This document shows positions 12,035 through 23,323 of a stretch of 64,000 nt of DNA, in pieces (position 1 is the first letter of the stretch; every line of letters starts with the position of its first letter). The stretch spans positions 640,001 to 704,000 of the forward strand of contig CAVUDW010000002.1 in assembly GCA_963740355.1 (NCBI GenBank), in the 5' to 3' direction. The DNA is from an uncultured Gemmatimonadaceae bacterium (GTDB lineage Bacteria > Gemmatimonadota > Gemmatimonadetes > Gemmatimonadales > Gemmatimonadaceae). Under the pieces are notes generated by a model. That model saw only the letters and a program-made list of their open reading frames with translations, was not told where the DNA came from and made no database searches. The position numbers were made by a program, and so were the translations under genes.

Positions 12035-12931
12035 ATGAGCATCTCGAACAACCGGCGCGGCATCGTCCTCGCTGGCGGCTCAGGCACGCGGCTCTATCCC
12101 ATCACGCAGGCCGTCAGCAAGCAGCTGCTACCTGTGTATGACAAGCCGATGATCTATTACCCGCTCACCACGCTGATGCTGGCGCAGGTGCGCGATGTGT
12201 TGCTGATCACGACACCGCACGAGCAGGCGCTGTTTCAGCGGCTGCTGGGTGATGGCTCACAATGGGGCATGTCGATCCAGTATGCCGTGCAGCCGTCGCC
12301 CGATGGGCTCGCTCAGGCGTTCATCATCGGCCGTGAGTTCGTGGCGGGGAAGCCGAGCTGCCTGGTGCTGGGTGACAACATCTTCTACGGCCACGATCTG
12401 TCCGCGGCGCTGCAGCGGACGAATCAGCGTGAAGGTGGAGCCACGATCTTTGGGTATCGGGTAAGCGATGCGACGCAGTACGGCGTGGTGGAATTCGATG
12501 CCACCGGACGAGCCATCGGCATCGAAGAGAAACCCAAGGTGCCGCGGTCGAACTATGCGGTGACCGGCCTCTATTTCTACGACCATCGGGTGTGCGACAT
12601 CGCAGCGGCAATTCGGCCATCGGCGCGCGGTGAACTCGAGATCACCGACGTCAATCGCGCCTATCTCGACCTTGGACTGCTGAACGTCGAGATGCTGGGG
12701 CGTGGCACGGCCTGGCTCGACACGGGGTCACACGAATCGTTGTTGCAGGCGGGCCAGTTCATCGAGACGATCGAACAGCGGCAAGGCTTGAAGGTGGCCT
12801 GCCCTGAAGAAATCGCCTGGCGCCTGGGGTGGATCGACGACGCCCAGGTCGAGAAGCTGAGTGCACCGTTGCTCAAGACCGGCTACGGGCGCTACCTGCG
12901 TGCCATGCTGCTGGAGGAACGCTCGTCATGA
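12035..12931 (+). CDS. rmlA: Glucose-1-phosphate thymidylyltransferase
   Basis: [41 protein letters not shown]. Confidence 0.97.
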   Translation: MSISNNRRGIVLAGGSGTRLYPITQAVSKQLLPVYDKPMIYYPLTTLMLAQVRDVLLITTPHEQALFQRLLGDGSQWGMSIQYAVQPSPDGLAQAFIIGREFVAGKPSCLVLGDNIFYGHDLSAALQRTNQREGGATIFGYRVSDATQYGVVEFDATGRAIGIEEKPKVPRSNYAVTGLYFYDHRVCDIAAAIRPSARGELEITDVNRAYLDLGLLNVEMLGRGTAWLDTGSHESLLQAGQFIETIEQRQGLKVACPEEIAWRLGWIDDAQVEKLSAPLLKTGYGRYLRAMLLEERSS

Positions 12932-13476
12932 AGGTGACACCACTGGCGATCCCTGATGTCTGCCTGATCGAGCCTCAGGTGTTCGGCGATGCACGCGGTT
13001 TCCTGCTCGTGCCGTGGAACGATGACGTGTTCCGCCGTGAAGTTGCGGACGTGGGATTCGTGCAGGACAACCACAGCCGCTCGCGCCGCAACACGTTGCG
13101 TGGCTTGCACTTTCAGGCCGAACACACGCAGGGGAAATTGGTGCGGTGCGCGGTCGGCAGGATCTGGGATGTCGCGGTCGACATCCGGCGCTCGTCGCCG
13201 ACGTTCGGGCAGTGGGTCGCTGCCGAGCTCTCGGACGAGAATCATCACCAGCTCTGGGTTCCCGCCGGATTCGCACACGGCTTCCTCGTGCTGTCGGAAT
13301 CGGCAGACCTGCACTACAAGGTGACGGACCGCTATCACCCGGCCAGCGAGCGCACGTTGCAGTGGGACGATCCCGACGTAGCCATCACCTGGCCGCTGGA
13401 TGCTGGCGTCGCGCCGCTCCTTTCGCCGAAGGATGCGGCGGGCACGCTGCTGGCCTCGCTGGAGCCGCTACCATGA
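12928..13476 (+). CDS. rmlC: dTDP-4-dehydrorhamnose 3,5-epimerase
   Basis: [35 protein letters not shown] overlap. Confidence 0.96.
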   Translation: MKVTPLAIPDVCLIEPQVFGDARGFLLVPWNDDVFRREVADVGFVQDNHSRSRRNTLRGLHFQAEHTQGKLVRCAVGRIWDVAVDIRRSSPTFGQWVAAELSDENHHQLWVPAGFAHGFLVLSESADLHYKVTDRYHPASERTLQWDDPDVAITWPLDAGVAPLLSPKDAAGTLLASLEPLP

Positions 13477-14348
13477 CGCGCCCGATCATGATCACGGGCG
13501 CCGCCGGCCAGCTTGGCTATGAGCTGCAACGCACCGCACCGGCCGGCACGACGGTCCTTGCCGTCGACATCGACACACTCGATCTCACGGCACCAAGCGC
13601 GGTCGAGGCGTTCATTGCCGCACATCGTCCCTCGACGATCATCAATGGTGCCGCGTACACCGCCGTGGATCGCGCCGAGGAACAACCCGCGTTGGCTCGT
13701 GCGGTGAATGTGGAGGCCGCAGCGACGCTGGCGGAGTCCGCGCGGCGACATGATGCGCGCGTGATCCAGATCTCGACGGATTTCGTGTTCGGTGGAAGCA
13801 CGGCGCACCCATGGTTGCCGACCGATCGGACGAGTCCAGAATCTGTATATGGCTGGACCAAGCGCGATGGAGAGCAGGCGGTGCTCTCGACGCTCGGCAC
13901 CGGTGCCCTGGTCATTCGGACCGCGTGGCTCTATTCCGCGCACGGCGGAAACTTCGTGAAGACGATGCTGCGCCTGATGGCGGAACGCGACGAGGTCCGC
14001 GTGATCTCTGATCAGGTGGGCACACCGACCTGGGCCAACTCCCTCGCACACACTGTCTGGTCAGCGGTCGCAAAGCCGGACGTGTCGGGAATCCTGCACT
14101 GGACTGACGCCGGCGTTGCGAGTTGGTACGACTTCGCGCTTGCGATTCAGGAGGAGGCAGCGGCGCTGGGGCTGCTCAACCGCGCCGTGCCGGTGCTGGC
14201 GATTCCGACCACCGACTACCCCACGCCCGCGAAACGACCGTCCTACAGTGTGCTCGACAAGAGCGAGACGGTGCGCCTGCTCGGCGAAACGCCGGTGCAC
14301 TGGCGGGTGAACCTTCGTCACATGCTCGCCGAACTTGCCCATGCGTAA
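13473..14348 (+). CDS. rmlD: dTDP-4-dehydrorhamnose reductase
   Basis: ITGAAGQLG, AAYTAVDRAE, ISTDFVF, YGWTK, DQVGTPT. Confidence 0.95.
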   Translation: MTRPIMITGAAGQLGYELQRTAPAGTTVLAVDIDTLDLTAPSAVEAFIAAHRPSTIINGAAYTAVDRAEEQPALARAVNVEAAATLAESARRHDARVIQISTDFVFGGSTAHPWLPTDRTSPESVYGWTKRDGEQAVLSTLGTGALVIRTAWLYSAHGGNFVKTMLRLMAERDEVRVISDQVGTPTWANSLAHTVWSAVAKPDVSGILHWTDAGVASWYDFALAIQEEAAALGLLNRAVPVLAIPTTDYPTPAKRPSYSVLDKSETVRLLGETPVHWRVNLRHMLAELAHA

Positions 14349-15444
14349 ACTGCTCGTGACCGGGGGCGCCGGATTTATCGGTTCAAACTTCGTGCAGCAC
14401 TGGTTGTCCACGCATGACCAGACGTTGGTCGTGGTGCTGGATGCATTGACGTACGCCGGAAACCTTGCCAGCCTTGCCTCTGTGCTGGACGATCCGCGCC
14501 TCATGTTCGTGCACGGTGACATCACCACCGAAGGTTTGGCCGCGCAGTTGTTGCGCGAGCACCAGCTGGACACGATCGTGCACTTCGCCGCCGAGTCGCA
14601 TGTGGACCGTTCGATTCATGGTCCCGATGCCTTCGTGACCACGAACGTCTTCGGCACGCACGAACTGTTGAAGGCGGCGCGTCAGGTCTGGCAGGTGGAA
14701 CAGGCGGTGCCCGGGCCGCACCGCTTTCACCATGTCTCCACCGACGAAGTGTACGGCTCGCTGGGTCCCGACGATGCGGCATTCACCGAGACCACGGCGT
14801 ACGCTCCGAACTCGCCGTACTCCGCCACGAAGGCGGCGTCAGATCACCTGGTGCGAGCCTATCACCACACCTTTGGCCTTCCGGTCACGACCAGCAACTG
14901 TTCCAACAACTACGGCCCGTTTCACTTTCCGGAAAAGCTGATCCCGTTGCTGATCGTGAACATCCTCGGCGGCAAGCCGCTGCCGGTGTATGGCGATGGC
15001 CGGAATGTTCGTGACTGGTTGTACGTGCGCGATCATGCGCGCGCGATCGAGGTCGTGATCGAGCGCGGCCGCGATGGCGAGGTGTACAACGTGGGCGGCA
15101 AGAACGAGTGGGCGAACATCGACATCGTGCGCCTCGTCTGTTCGCTGGTCGATGCGGCCGTGTCGGCCGATACGTCGCTCGCTGCACGGTTCCCGGATAC
15201 GCCTGCAGCACGCGGGGCGAGCTCGACGGAGCTGATCACGTTCGTGACGGATCGGCCCGGCCACGATCGGCGCTACGCGATTGACGCCAGCAAGATCGAG
15301 AGCGAGCTCGGCTTTACGCCAGATGAGTCCTTCGAGAGCGGTATTCGGCGCACCGTGACCTGGTTTCTCGAGAATGAAGCGTGGTGGCGGGCCGTGATGG
15401 ACGGCAGTTACCGGCAATGGATCGAGCAGAACTACACGAAGTAG
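14341..15444 (+). CDS. rmlB: dTDP-glucose 4,6-dehydratase
   Basis: VTGGAGFIGSNF, HFAAESHVDRSI, HVSTDEVYG, YSATKA, DRPGHDRRYAID. Confidence 0.97.
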   Translation: MRKLLVTGGAGFIGSNFVQHWLSTHDQTLVVVLDALTYAGNLASLASVLDDPRLMFVHGDITTEGLAAQLLREHQLDTIVHFAAESHVDRSIHGPDAFVTTNVFGTHELLKAARQVWQVEQAVPGPHRFHHVSTDEVYGSLGPDDAAFTETTAYAPNSPYSATKAASDHLVRAYHHTFGLPVTTSNCSNNYGPFHFPEKLIPLLIVNILGGKPLPVYGDGRNVRDWLYVRDHARAIEVVIERGRDGEVYNVGGKNEWANIDIVRLVCSLVDAAVSADTSLAARFPDTPAARGASSTELITFVTDRPGHDRRYAIDASKIESELGFTPDESFESGIRRTVTWFLENEAWWRAVMDGSYRQWIEQNYTK

Positions 15445-15477
15445 CCAGTCTCGCCGAGCAATCGGATAGGTGTTGGG

Positions 15478-15493
15478 TGGCCCAGACCATGCA
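15478..15493 (+). promoter_or_regulatory. Candidate sigma-54 promoter for the methyltransferase/glycosyltransferase operon
   Basis: TGGCCCAGACCATGCA = GG-N10-GC, in the only sizeable intergenic gap of the plus-strand run. Confidence 0.5.
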
Positions 15494-15540
15494 AGGCAAG
15501 CGGTTGATATACTGAGCTACCCTGCGACGGAGCACGACAA

Positions 15541-16311
15541 TTGACGGATGTACTGGTTCCGGAGTCGCCGGTTGCGCCTGGCGAAGGCACGGGCGGCTTC
15601 CTTGCGAGCGCCCCAAACCCATATCGCTACGATGGTAATCATGACCTCGATCCGCTCGAGGTCAGTGGCATCATTGCGAACCTGGTGCCACGCGGTGCTC
15701 GCGTGCTCGATGTGGGTTGTGGCACGGGCGCCCTATCAGTGTTGCTTCGCGACGCACGTGGCGCCGCTGTGGTCGGTGTCGAACCGGACGCGGCGCGGGC
15801 CGCCCGTGCCCGTGAGCGCGGGATCGAGGCGGTGACTGGCGTACTGTCGGAATCCCTGCATGAAACGCTCGGGCTCTTCGACGTTGCGGTGTACGCGGAT
15901 GTGCTCGAGCACCTGGTTGACCCGCTGGCGGAGCTGGTGAAGGTCCGGCCGTTCCTCAAGCCCACTGGCGTAGTGGTAATCTCGGTGCCGAACGTGGCGC
16001 ACTGGTCCGTGCGCTACGATCTGTTCTTCGGCCGCTTTCGCTACGCCGAGGTCGGCATCATGGACGCGACCCATCTTCGCTGGTTCACCGAAGAGACGTT
16101 GCGCCAGTTGCTCGATCAGGCCGGCATCGACGTGCTGAGCATCGAACGCACGGCCGGGGTCACGCTTCCCTGCTATTGGCACACCCCGACGAAGTACATC
16201 CCGTCACGGTTGCGCGATGTGCTGGTGCGGCGTGCGTCACGATGGTTTCCCCGCCTGTTCGGTGGCCAGCATGTCGTGGCGGGACGATTCCGTTCTGGGC
16301 GGCAGTCATGA
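15541..16311 (+). CDS. Class I SAM-dependent methyltransferase (glycan-modifying type)
   Basis: VLDVGCGTG, ADVLEHLVDP, SVPNVAHW, HLRWFT. Confidence 0.88.
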   Translation: MTDVLVPESPVAPGEGTGGFLASAPNPYRYDGNHDLDPLEVSGIIANLVPRGARVLDVGCGTGALSVLLRDARGAAVVGVEPDAARAARARERGIEAVTGVLSESLHETLGLFDVAVYADVLEHLVDPLAELVKVRPFLKPTGVVVISVPNVAHWSVRYDLFFGRFRYAEVGIMDATHLRWFTEETLRQLLDQAGIDVLSIERTAGVTLPCYWHTPTKYIPSRLRDVLVRRASRWFPRLFGGQHVVAGRFRSGRQS

Positions 16312-17485
16312 TGCCATCAACTGCAGCTGCGCCGTCAGGAGAGTCGACGCCGCAGCCTGCGCGGCCGCGGCTGGTGGCGTTCTACCTGCCCCAGTTCCAT
16401 CCAACACCGGAGAACGATGCCTGGTGGGGGCGCGGTTTTACGGAATGGACCAATGTCGCGCGCGCGACGCCGCTGTTCGCCGGTCATACGCAGCCTCGGC
16501 GTCCGGCGGATCTTGGTTTCTACGATCTCCGACTTCCAGACACGCGAGCCGCACAAGCGGAACTGGCGCAGCAGTACGGCATCGAGGCGTTCTGCTACTA
16601 CCACTACTGGTTTCACGGCAAGCGCCTGTTGCATCGTCCCTTCGACGATGTGCTGTCGAGTGGCGAGCCGGATTTTCCGTTCTGTCTCTGCTGGGCCAAC
16701 GAGCCGTGGGGCCGCTCGTGGACGGGCAACGACCAGCAGCTGTTGATGCCGCAGGAGTATTCGCCCGCCGATGACGTGGAACATGCAAGATTCCTCGCCA
16801 ATGCGTTCGCTGATCCACGCTATTTGCGCACGGGCGGGCGCCCGGTGTTCCTCATCTACCGTCCGTCGCACCTGTCGGCGCCGGCGGCCACGATCGATGC
16901 CATTCGACTGGGCTCGGTTCGCGAAGGACTTGCCGGATCCGTACATCGTCTTGTGCGATGGCCATGAGGCGGGCGGTGACCTGCGCGGCCGCTACGGTGC
17001 GGACATGACGCTGCGATACGAGCCGCAGCTGTCGGCACTGCCGGGTGGGCTGGGCGAGATTGTCGTCGTGGCAGCGGGTGAGGGCGAACATGCAGATATG
17101 CGAGCGAACTGTCGTCGTCGCTTCGACTGTACGATTACTCGCGCGCTCGTTCACTGATGCGCGACGTGAAGTCCGTGGGCCCGTCGATTCGTACGGTGCT
17201 CGTGCGCTGGGACAACTCGCCGCGTCGTGGTGCACGTGGCATCGTGATGACCGGATCGACGCCCAGCGGCCTTCGGCACCGAGCTGCGGAGCCGAGCTGG
17301 CACGGCCGGACTGGAACAACTCGGGGAGCGACCTGCTCTTCCTCAACGCGTGGAATGAGTGGGCAGAGGGCAACTACCTCGAGCCGGATGAAGAATTCGG
17401 TCACGCCTTCCTCGAGGAGGTGCGTGATGCGCTCGCGGCATACGACATCGACGTGCGTCGCGATGTAGTGGCGGTGCACGCATGA
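16308..17485 (+). pseudogene. WbsX/GH99-like glycosyltransferase-family gene with several frameshifts (about 16920-17300)
   Basis: [27 protein letters not shown] and CWANEPW in one frame. [14 protein letters not shown] and [17 protein letters not shown] lie in different downstream frames. Confidence 0.75.
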
Positions 17486-18627
17486 CCGGAATCGCCGAAG
17501 CCACCACGGAGCAGGCCGTCGGCGATCGGCAGGCTGGATTGCGCGCGCTGGCGATCTACTTGCCGCAGTTCCACCCGGTGCCGGAGAACGACGCGTGGTG
17601 GGGACGTGGCTTCACCGAGTGGACGAATGTCACCCGGGCGCGACCGCAATTTCCGGGGCACTACCAGCCGCACCTCCCGGCTGACATGGGCTACTACGAC
17701 CTTCGCGTGCCCGAAGTGCGATTCGCCCAGGCGGAGCTGGCGAAGCAGTACGGCATTCACGGCTTCTGCTACTACCACTACTGGTTCACAGGCCGTCGAA
17801 TTCTCGAGCGCCCGTTCAGCGAGGTGCTCGCGAGTGGTGAGCCTGATTTCCCGTTCCTGCTCTGTTGGGCGAACGAGAACTGGACGCGTCGCTGGGATGG
17901 GCACGATCACGAGGTGCTGCTGCATCAGGAGTATTCGGCGGAGGATGACATCAACCACATCCGCTCGCTCTTCCCTGTATTCAGCGATTCCCGCTACATC
18001 CGGATCGATGGGAAGCCGGTGTTCATGGTGTACCGCACCGGCCTGTTGCCGGAGCCTGCACGCACCACGGACCGGTGGCGCACCGAGGCCCTGCGTGCGG
18101 GGATCGGTGAGCTGTACCTGATTCGTGTCGAAAGTCATTGGCGAAACCCGCGGCCCGAAGATCTCGGGTTCGATGCCGCGATGCCGTTCGCACCGGACTG
18201 GCACATCCTGCCACCGGCGCGACGCGCACCACCGCTCGAGCGCATTCTTCGCCGCTTGCGGTTGCATGAACCGTATCTCGAACGGCAGGGTGTGTACTCG
18301 TACGAGGAACTGGCGAAGGCGATGCTGGCGCAGCCGGATGCAGGCTATTTGCGCTACCCGTGTGTGACGCCGATGTGGGACAACTCCGCGCGCCGCAAGC
18401 AGCGTGGCGCCGCAATCTTCGACGGATCGACGCCCGAGCTCTATCGTCGGTGGCTGGGCGATGCGGTGGCGCGGTTCGCGCCGCCCTCGCCGGATGAGAA
18501 CCTGATTTTCATCAATGCCTGGAATGAGTGGGCCGAGGGGAATCATCTCGAGCCATGCCAGAAGTGGGGCACCGCGTACCTCGAGGCGACGCACGACGTG
18601 CTGTCGCGCGCCGCGGTGGGCCGCTGA
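17482..18627 (+). CDS. WbsX/GH99-like glycosyltransferase-family protein
   Basis: [52 protein letters not shown]; intact. Confidence 0.9.
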   Translation: MTGIAEATTEQAVGDRQAGLRALAIYLPQFHPVPENDAWWGRGFTEWTNVTRARPQFPGHYQPHLPADMGYYDLRVPEVRFAQAELAKQYGIHGFCYYHYWFTGRRILERPFSEVLASGEPDFPFLLCWANENWTRRWDGHDHEVLLHQEYSAEDDINHIRSLFPVFSDSRYIRIDGKPVFMVYRTGLLPEPARTTDRWRTEALRAGIGELYLIRVESHWRNPRPEDLGFDAAMPFAPDWHILPPARRAPPLERILRRLRLHEPYLERQGVYSYEELAKAMLAQPDAGYLRYPCVTPMWDNSARRKQRGAAIFDGSTPELYRRWLGDAVARFAPPSPDENLIFINAWNEWAEGNHLEPCQKWGTAYLEATHDVLSRAAVGR

Positions 18628-19601
18628 TGCAAGTCTCCGTCGTCATCCCGGCCTACAACGCCGCGAACTTCATCGCGGCCACGATTGCGAGCGCGCAGGC
18701 GCAGACCCTGGCCCCGATCGAGATCATCGTGGTGGATGACGGCTCGGTGGATGACACGGCGCGCGTCGCGCGTGCGCTGGGGTGTGTCGTCATTCGACAG
18801 GCGAACGGCGGAGTCTGCGCAGCCCGCAACGCGGGAATCCTCGCTGCGCGTGGGGAGTGGATCGCGCTGCTGGATCATGACGACATCTGGGCACCGAGGA
18901 AGCTGGAGCGGCAGGCCGATGCGGCAGCGCTCTGTCCGGACGTGACCTTCTTCGCGACGGATTTCCTGCGGATGCGCGCTGGCGACACGCCGGCAGTCTC
19001 CTGTCTCGCCGACCCGAAATATCAGTTCGATGCGATCACTTCGACGCAGGTCAGCGACACGATCGTGCGCTGTGAGCATGCGGGTGAAGAGATCCTGCGG
19101 GCGGGCTGGTTCCTGTTCCCCAGCTCCGTGCTGGTCCGCCGCGACGTCGTGATCGCTGCCGGGTTGTTTCGCCCGCAGCAGCGCTTGTGCGAGGATGTGG
19201 ACTGTTTTCTGCGCGTGTTGCGGCGGACGCCGCTGGCGATTGTTCGCGAACCACTCTGGCAGTGGCGCGAGCACGCCAGCAATGCATCACGCGACGCGGT
19301 CGGCATTGCCGAGGGCTGGTTGCGGCTGGGGCAGTTCGTTCGCAACGAGCCTGAGATGTATCCAGACGGTACGTTGGCGCACCTGCAGCCGACACTCCGA
19401 GCGGTGCGGCGCGACCTCGTGGCCGAGTACACCTCGCGCGGTGACTTCCGGAGCGCGCGGCGCGTCTCCCGGACTGCGATTGGTGGTCGATTGACACCGA
19501 CCGACGCCGCGTTGGCCGTGGTGGTGGAATTTCCGCCGCCGCTGTGGGCGATACTCCGTCGCGCGCGCAGCGTCTTTCGAGCATTTTCATTCTCAACGTG
19601 A
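18627..19601 (+). CDS. Glycosyltransferase family 2
   Basis: VSVVIPAYN, VVDDGSVD, NGGVCAARNAG, LDHDD, CED. Confidence 0.93.
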   Translation: MQVSVVIPAYNAANFIAATIASAQAQTLAPIEIIVVDDGSVDDTARVARALGCVVIRQANGGVCAARNAGILAARGEWIALLDHDDIWAPRKLERQADAAALCPDVTFFATDFLRMRAGDTPAVSCLADPKYQFDAITSTQVSDTIVRCEHAGEEILRAGWFLFPSSVLVRRDVVIAAGLFRPQQRLCEDVDCFLRVLRRTPLAIVREPLWQWREHASNASRDAVGIAEGWLRLGQFVRNEPEMYPDGTLAHLQPTLRAVRRDLVAEYTSRGDFRSARRVSRTAIGGRLTPTDAALAVVVEFPPPLWAILRRARSVFRAFSFST

Positions 19602-21160
19602 ACACACCTCCAACGACTGCGCTGCCCTGGTGGCAGGATCGACTTCTGCTGGGTGTCGCCGTCGTGTTCGGAGGCTGGAGCCTGCTCTCCCTCAGCTGGC
19701 CGCTATCTGGCGATGCCGGCGTGTTCGCCTGGATGGCCGATACGGTCTACCGCGGCGGCGCACCCTACGTCGACGCCTGGGACACCAAGGGGCCCGGCGC
19801 ATGGCTGCCATCGCTGATCGTGGAAGCGGTGTTCGGACGCACGGCCTGGGCGATCCGGGTCTTCGACATCTCCATGGTGTTGTCGGCCGTGATTGCGATG
19901 CGTTCCATCGCGCGACGCATCGGCCAGCCAGGAGCAGGGCGGGTGGCGATCGCGCTGTATGCGCTCTGGTATGCCAGCCTCGATTTCTGGCAGAGTGCAC
20001 AACCTGATGGATGGGTTGGGGCGTGGCTCATCACCGCCTGTGCACTGGCCATCACTGGTGGGCCAGTCGCCGTTATCGCGGCAGGGCTCCTGGTTGGCCT
20101 CGCAACACTCGTGAAGCCGTTCTATCTCGGCTACGCGGTGGTGCTCTGGCTGATCGTGGGATCGGCTCGCGACCAGACCGTAGGTCGTCGAGCCCTGAAC
20201 GCTGCCCTCGTCGCACTCGGCATCGCGGCAGCGATCGCGGCGCTGCTGCTCTTCCTCAGGCAGGTCCGCGGCCTCGACGGATTCATCGAGGCGCAGCGCT
20301 GGAATCGCGATGTCTATGCCGGTCTTGGCGATCCGTGGCTCACACGCGTCCCCGCCATCTTCAAGGGCATGCTGTTGATGCCGTGGGGCATCGTCGGCCC
20401 GATTGCGTTGTTCGGGGCGATCCGACCGACGCGTGCGCATCGTCGCACCATCGCCGCGCTGGCGGTGGGCTTTCTCGGTGCGGTGGCAGGCGTGATGCTG
20501 CAGGGAAAGGGATGGGTGTACCATTGGTTGCCGATGCTGCCATTCCTTGCCTTGCTGGCCGACATCGGCTTCGCCGCGCTGCGCAGCGAGACGGCAGGCG
20601 AAATCGCGGGACGTTTCCGCTGGCTGGCGCTCTTGCTGGCGCTGACGGTCGGTGGCATCACGCCACTGCAGCAGTTCTGGCGGTGGTCACGCTCGCGAGT
20701 CTCGACGGAGACGGTGGCCGCGTATGAGAAGCGGGAGTTTCGCTACTACGGCCGCCAGCCTGGTTCGGTGTACTCGATCGTCGATAGCCTGCGCGCGCTG
20801 ACGCCTGTTGATCGTGAGTCGCCAAGCATCTTCGTATGGGCGATGCAGCCCGCGCCTCAGGTGCTGGCCGGGATGCGCATCCCAACGAAGTTCGCCGTGA
20901 TCCGGCCGCTGTTCGACGGGCCGGGATCGGACTTCCGGAAGCTCTATCGCAGCCAGTTCGAGGCCGAGCTGCGCTCGTCGCCACCGCGATGGTGGTTGCA
21001 GCCGACGCCGGAGTTGATGGCGGTCGAGGAAGAGCTACGAAGCCATGACATCGAGACGTACCTCGAAGCGGCGGCTGTGCTGCACGAGCAGTACCGGCTG
21101 GTGACCCAGACGCCGGAGTGGTTGATCTACGAGCGCACGGTGACCGACTCGATTCGCTGA
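19598..21160 (+). CDS. Multi-TM GT-C fold (ArnT/PMT-like) glycosyltransferase
   Basis: D...GGAPYVDAWDTKGPG loop after TM1, many hydrophobic helices, LATLVKP, soluble C-terminal domain. Confidence 0.7.
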   Translation: MNTPPTTALPWWQDRLLLGVAVVFGGWSLLSLSWPLSGDAGVFAWMADTVYRGGAPYVDAWDTKGPGAWLPSLIVEAVFGRTAWAIRVFDISMVLSAVIAMRSIARRIGQPGAGRVAIALYALWYASLDFWQSAQPDGWVGAWLITACALAITGGPVAVIAAGLLVGLATLVKPFYLGYAVVLWLIVGSARDQTVGRRALNAALVALGIAAAIAALLLFLRQVRGLDGFIEAQRWNRDVYAGLGDPWLTRVPAIFKGMLLMPWGIVGPIALFGAIRPTRAHRRTIAALAVGFLGAVAGVMLQGKGWVYHWLPMLPFLALLADIGFAALRSETAGEIAGRFRWLALLLALTVGGITPLQQFWRWSRSRVSTETVAAYEKREFRYYGRQPGSVYSIVDSLRALTPVDRESPSIFVWAMQPAPQVLAGMRIPTKFAVIRPLFDGPGSDFRKLYRSQFEAELRSSPPRWWLQPTPELMAVEEELRSHDIETYLEAAAVLHEQYRLVTQTPEWLIYERTVTDSIR

Positions 21161-21807
21161 GCAGTGGCATACGTCGCGCACACCGGTCGCACGGGACAGG
21201 CACCGCAGTGCATGACCCGCGCCGTGCAGACGAGTGCGCCGATTTCCATCAACGCCTGATTGTGGGTCCAGACGGCATCGGGCTTCATCGGTAGCGAACG
21301 CTCGGCGAGTTCCCAGAGCGCATTCTCGGTGGAGGCCACCTTGCGCTTCGCCTTCGGCAGGAAGACTCGCTGCAGCACCCGTGCGACATTGGTGTCGACC
21401 AGCGGGGCCCGTCGGCCATAGGCGAAACTCGAGACCGCGCCCGCGGTGTAGCGGCCAATGCCCGGCAGCGCGTTCAGGGCCGCCGCGTCGGAAGGCAACG
21501 TGGCATCGATGTCTGCGCCGTCGCGCGTGATCAGTCGAGCGGTGCGGTGCAGGTTGCGTGCGCGGGCGTAGTAGCCAAGGCCTTCCCACGCCTCTTCCAC
21601 CTGCGTGGTCTCCGCCATCGCAATGGTGTGCAGGGTGGGGAACTGCGCCAGGAACTGGTGCCAGCGCGGCACCACACGCAGCACCTGCGTCTGCTGCAGC
21701 ATCAATTCCGACACGAGGATCGCGTACGGGTCGCGCGTCCGTCGCCATGGCAGGTCGCGGGCGTTGCGCTTGTACCAGGCGCGGAGCAGACGTCCAAACC
21801 GCCGCAA
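21127..21807 (-). CDS. mutY: A/G-specific adenine glycosylase, short form (start uncertain)
   Basis: RDLPWR, VSELMLQQTQV, WEGLGYYARARNL, LPGIGRYTA, VDTNVARV, Fe-S motif C-x6-C-x2-C-x5-C. Confidence 0.9.
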   Translation of the reverse strand: MRRFGRLLRAWYKRNARDLPWRRTRDPYAILVSELMLQQTQVLRVVPRWHQFLAQFPTLHTIAMAETTQVEEAWEGLGYYARARNLHRTARLITRDGADIDATLPSDAAALNALPGIGRYTAGAVSSFAYGRRAPLVDTNVARVLQRVFLPKAKRKVASTENALWELAERSLPMKPDAVWTHNQALMEIGALVCTARVMHCGACPVRPVCATYATAQRIESVTVRS

Positions 21808-21869
21808 CGCGTCATCACTGACGCGCGCGGCGGGGGATTTCTTTCGGGGACGCTTCTTCGCTGGCAGGG

Positions 21870-23150
21870 TCAGGAAACCCGTTTCGTCTTCTTGCGCAGG
21901 AAATCCATCAACACGAACTGCCCAAGGCTCATCGTGTTGGTGAAGTACGCCTTGCCGCGCGAGATCCCGGAGACACGCTTCACGAATTCCACCAGCGCGT
22001 AGTCCCGCGCCAGCATGAAGGTGTTGATCGTGATCCCGGAACGCCGGCAGTCCGCCACTTCCTTCAGCGTCTGGCCAATGACGTTCATGTCGAGGCCCAT
22101 GCTGTTCTTGTAGATCTGCCCGTCGGGCATCGTCAACGCGCTCGGCTTGCCGTCGGTGATCATCACGATCTGCCGCATATCCTTCTTCTGCGACATCAGG
22201 ATGCGGCGTGCGAGCTTCAGCCCTTCGGCGGTGTTCGTGTGGTACGGGCCCACCTGCGCCCCGGCCAGTGCGGCGAGCGGGATCTCCTCGGCACTGTCAT
22301 GGAACAGCACGACGCGAATCGTGTCGCCCGGAAACTGCGTCCGGATCAGGTGCGTGAGCGCGAGTGCGACCTTCTTTGCCGGCGTGAAGCGATCCTCGCC
22401 GTACAGGATCATCGAGTGCGACGTGTCCAGCATGAGGACCGTCGCACAGCTCGAGCGATACTCCGACTGTCGCACCATCAGGTCGCTGTACTCGAGATCC
22501 ATCGGCACGTCGAGCGAGCCGGTGCGGAGCATCGAGTTCTTCAGCGTCTCGTTGACGTCGAGGTTCAACACGTCGCCGAACTCGTACGGCCGGCTCCACG
22601 CATCCGACTCGATGCCGGTGGCGAGGTACGGCGTATCATGGCTGCCGAAGGTGCTCTTGCCGAACGAGCCGAGGATGTTGCGCAGCGACTTGTAGCCGAG
22701 GAAGTCGATGCCCTTCTGCGACAGGTTGAACTGCACATCCTTGCTGGCCGCGTGTGCAAGACCGCCCTTGCCGGTGACCGGCTGGTGCGAATCAGCCATC
22801 TGCGGTGGCAGGTTCGTGTTGATGAACCCATCGGCGATCAGGCGCTGGACGACCTGGTCGAGCAGGTCGCTCAGCTTCTGCTGCGAATCCTCGTCACCAT
22901 CCCCGCGCAGCGCCTCGAGCATCTCGGGCGTGAACTGCCCACTCTCGATCAGCGCGTTGAGGATCGCCTCCTTCAGCGCGTCGAGCGACTTGTCGGCGGG
23001 ATCTTCGTTGCTGCCCCAGTAGGGGTTGTAGCCGCCCGACTCCGCGAATCCACTCTGGAGGAGAAAATCCGACAGCCCATCCAGCAGTGCCTGAAGATCG
23101 ACGGCATCCGCCAACTCAGGGTTGTACTTCGTGTAGGTGTGGAACTTCAT
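21870..23150 (-). CDS. VWA-domain protein
   Basis: MIDAS DTSHS...TNT...ITDG. Confidence 0.88.
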   Translation of the reverse strand: MKFHTYTKYNPELADAVDLQALLDGLSDFLLQSGFAESGGYNPYWGSNEDPADKSLDALKEAILNALIESGQFTPEMLEALRGDGDEDSQQKLSDLLDQVVQRLIADGFINTNLPPQMADSHQPVTGKGGLAHAASKDVQFNLSQKGIDFLGYKSLRNILGSFGKSTFGSHDTPYLATGIESDAWSRPYEFGDVLNLDVNETLKNSMLRTGSLDVPMDLEYSDLMVRQSEYRSSCATVLMLDTSHSMILYGEDRFTPAKKVALALTHLIRTQFPGDTIRVVLFHDSAEEIPLAALAGAQVGPYHTNTAEGLKLARRILMSQKKDMRQIVMITDGKPSALTMPDGQIYKNSMGLDMNVIGQTLKEVADCRRSGITINTFMLARDYALVEFVKRVSGISRGKAYFTNTMSLGQFVLMDFLRKKTKRVS

Positions 23151-23323
23151 GCTCCCTCCAGCGACAGCGACCGGGCGCGCGAGATGCGCGCACTCTTCAA
23201 ACTAACGCGTCCGGGGCCGACACTCGTGCCCATGGGAACCGTGCCGTTACTGGCGCGATGGCGCGCCAAACTGCGTCGCGGCGGCTAATTTCCCTCGCTC
23301 AACCCCACTCTGCCCCATCCGTC

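Noticed and set aside
23250..23277. sigma-54 promoter before the wbpB-like gene
   Set aside because: The TGGCGCG boxes give GG-GC spacings of 9 or 11, not 10.
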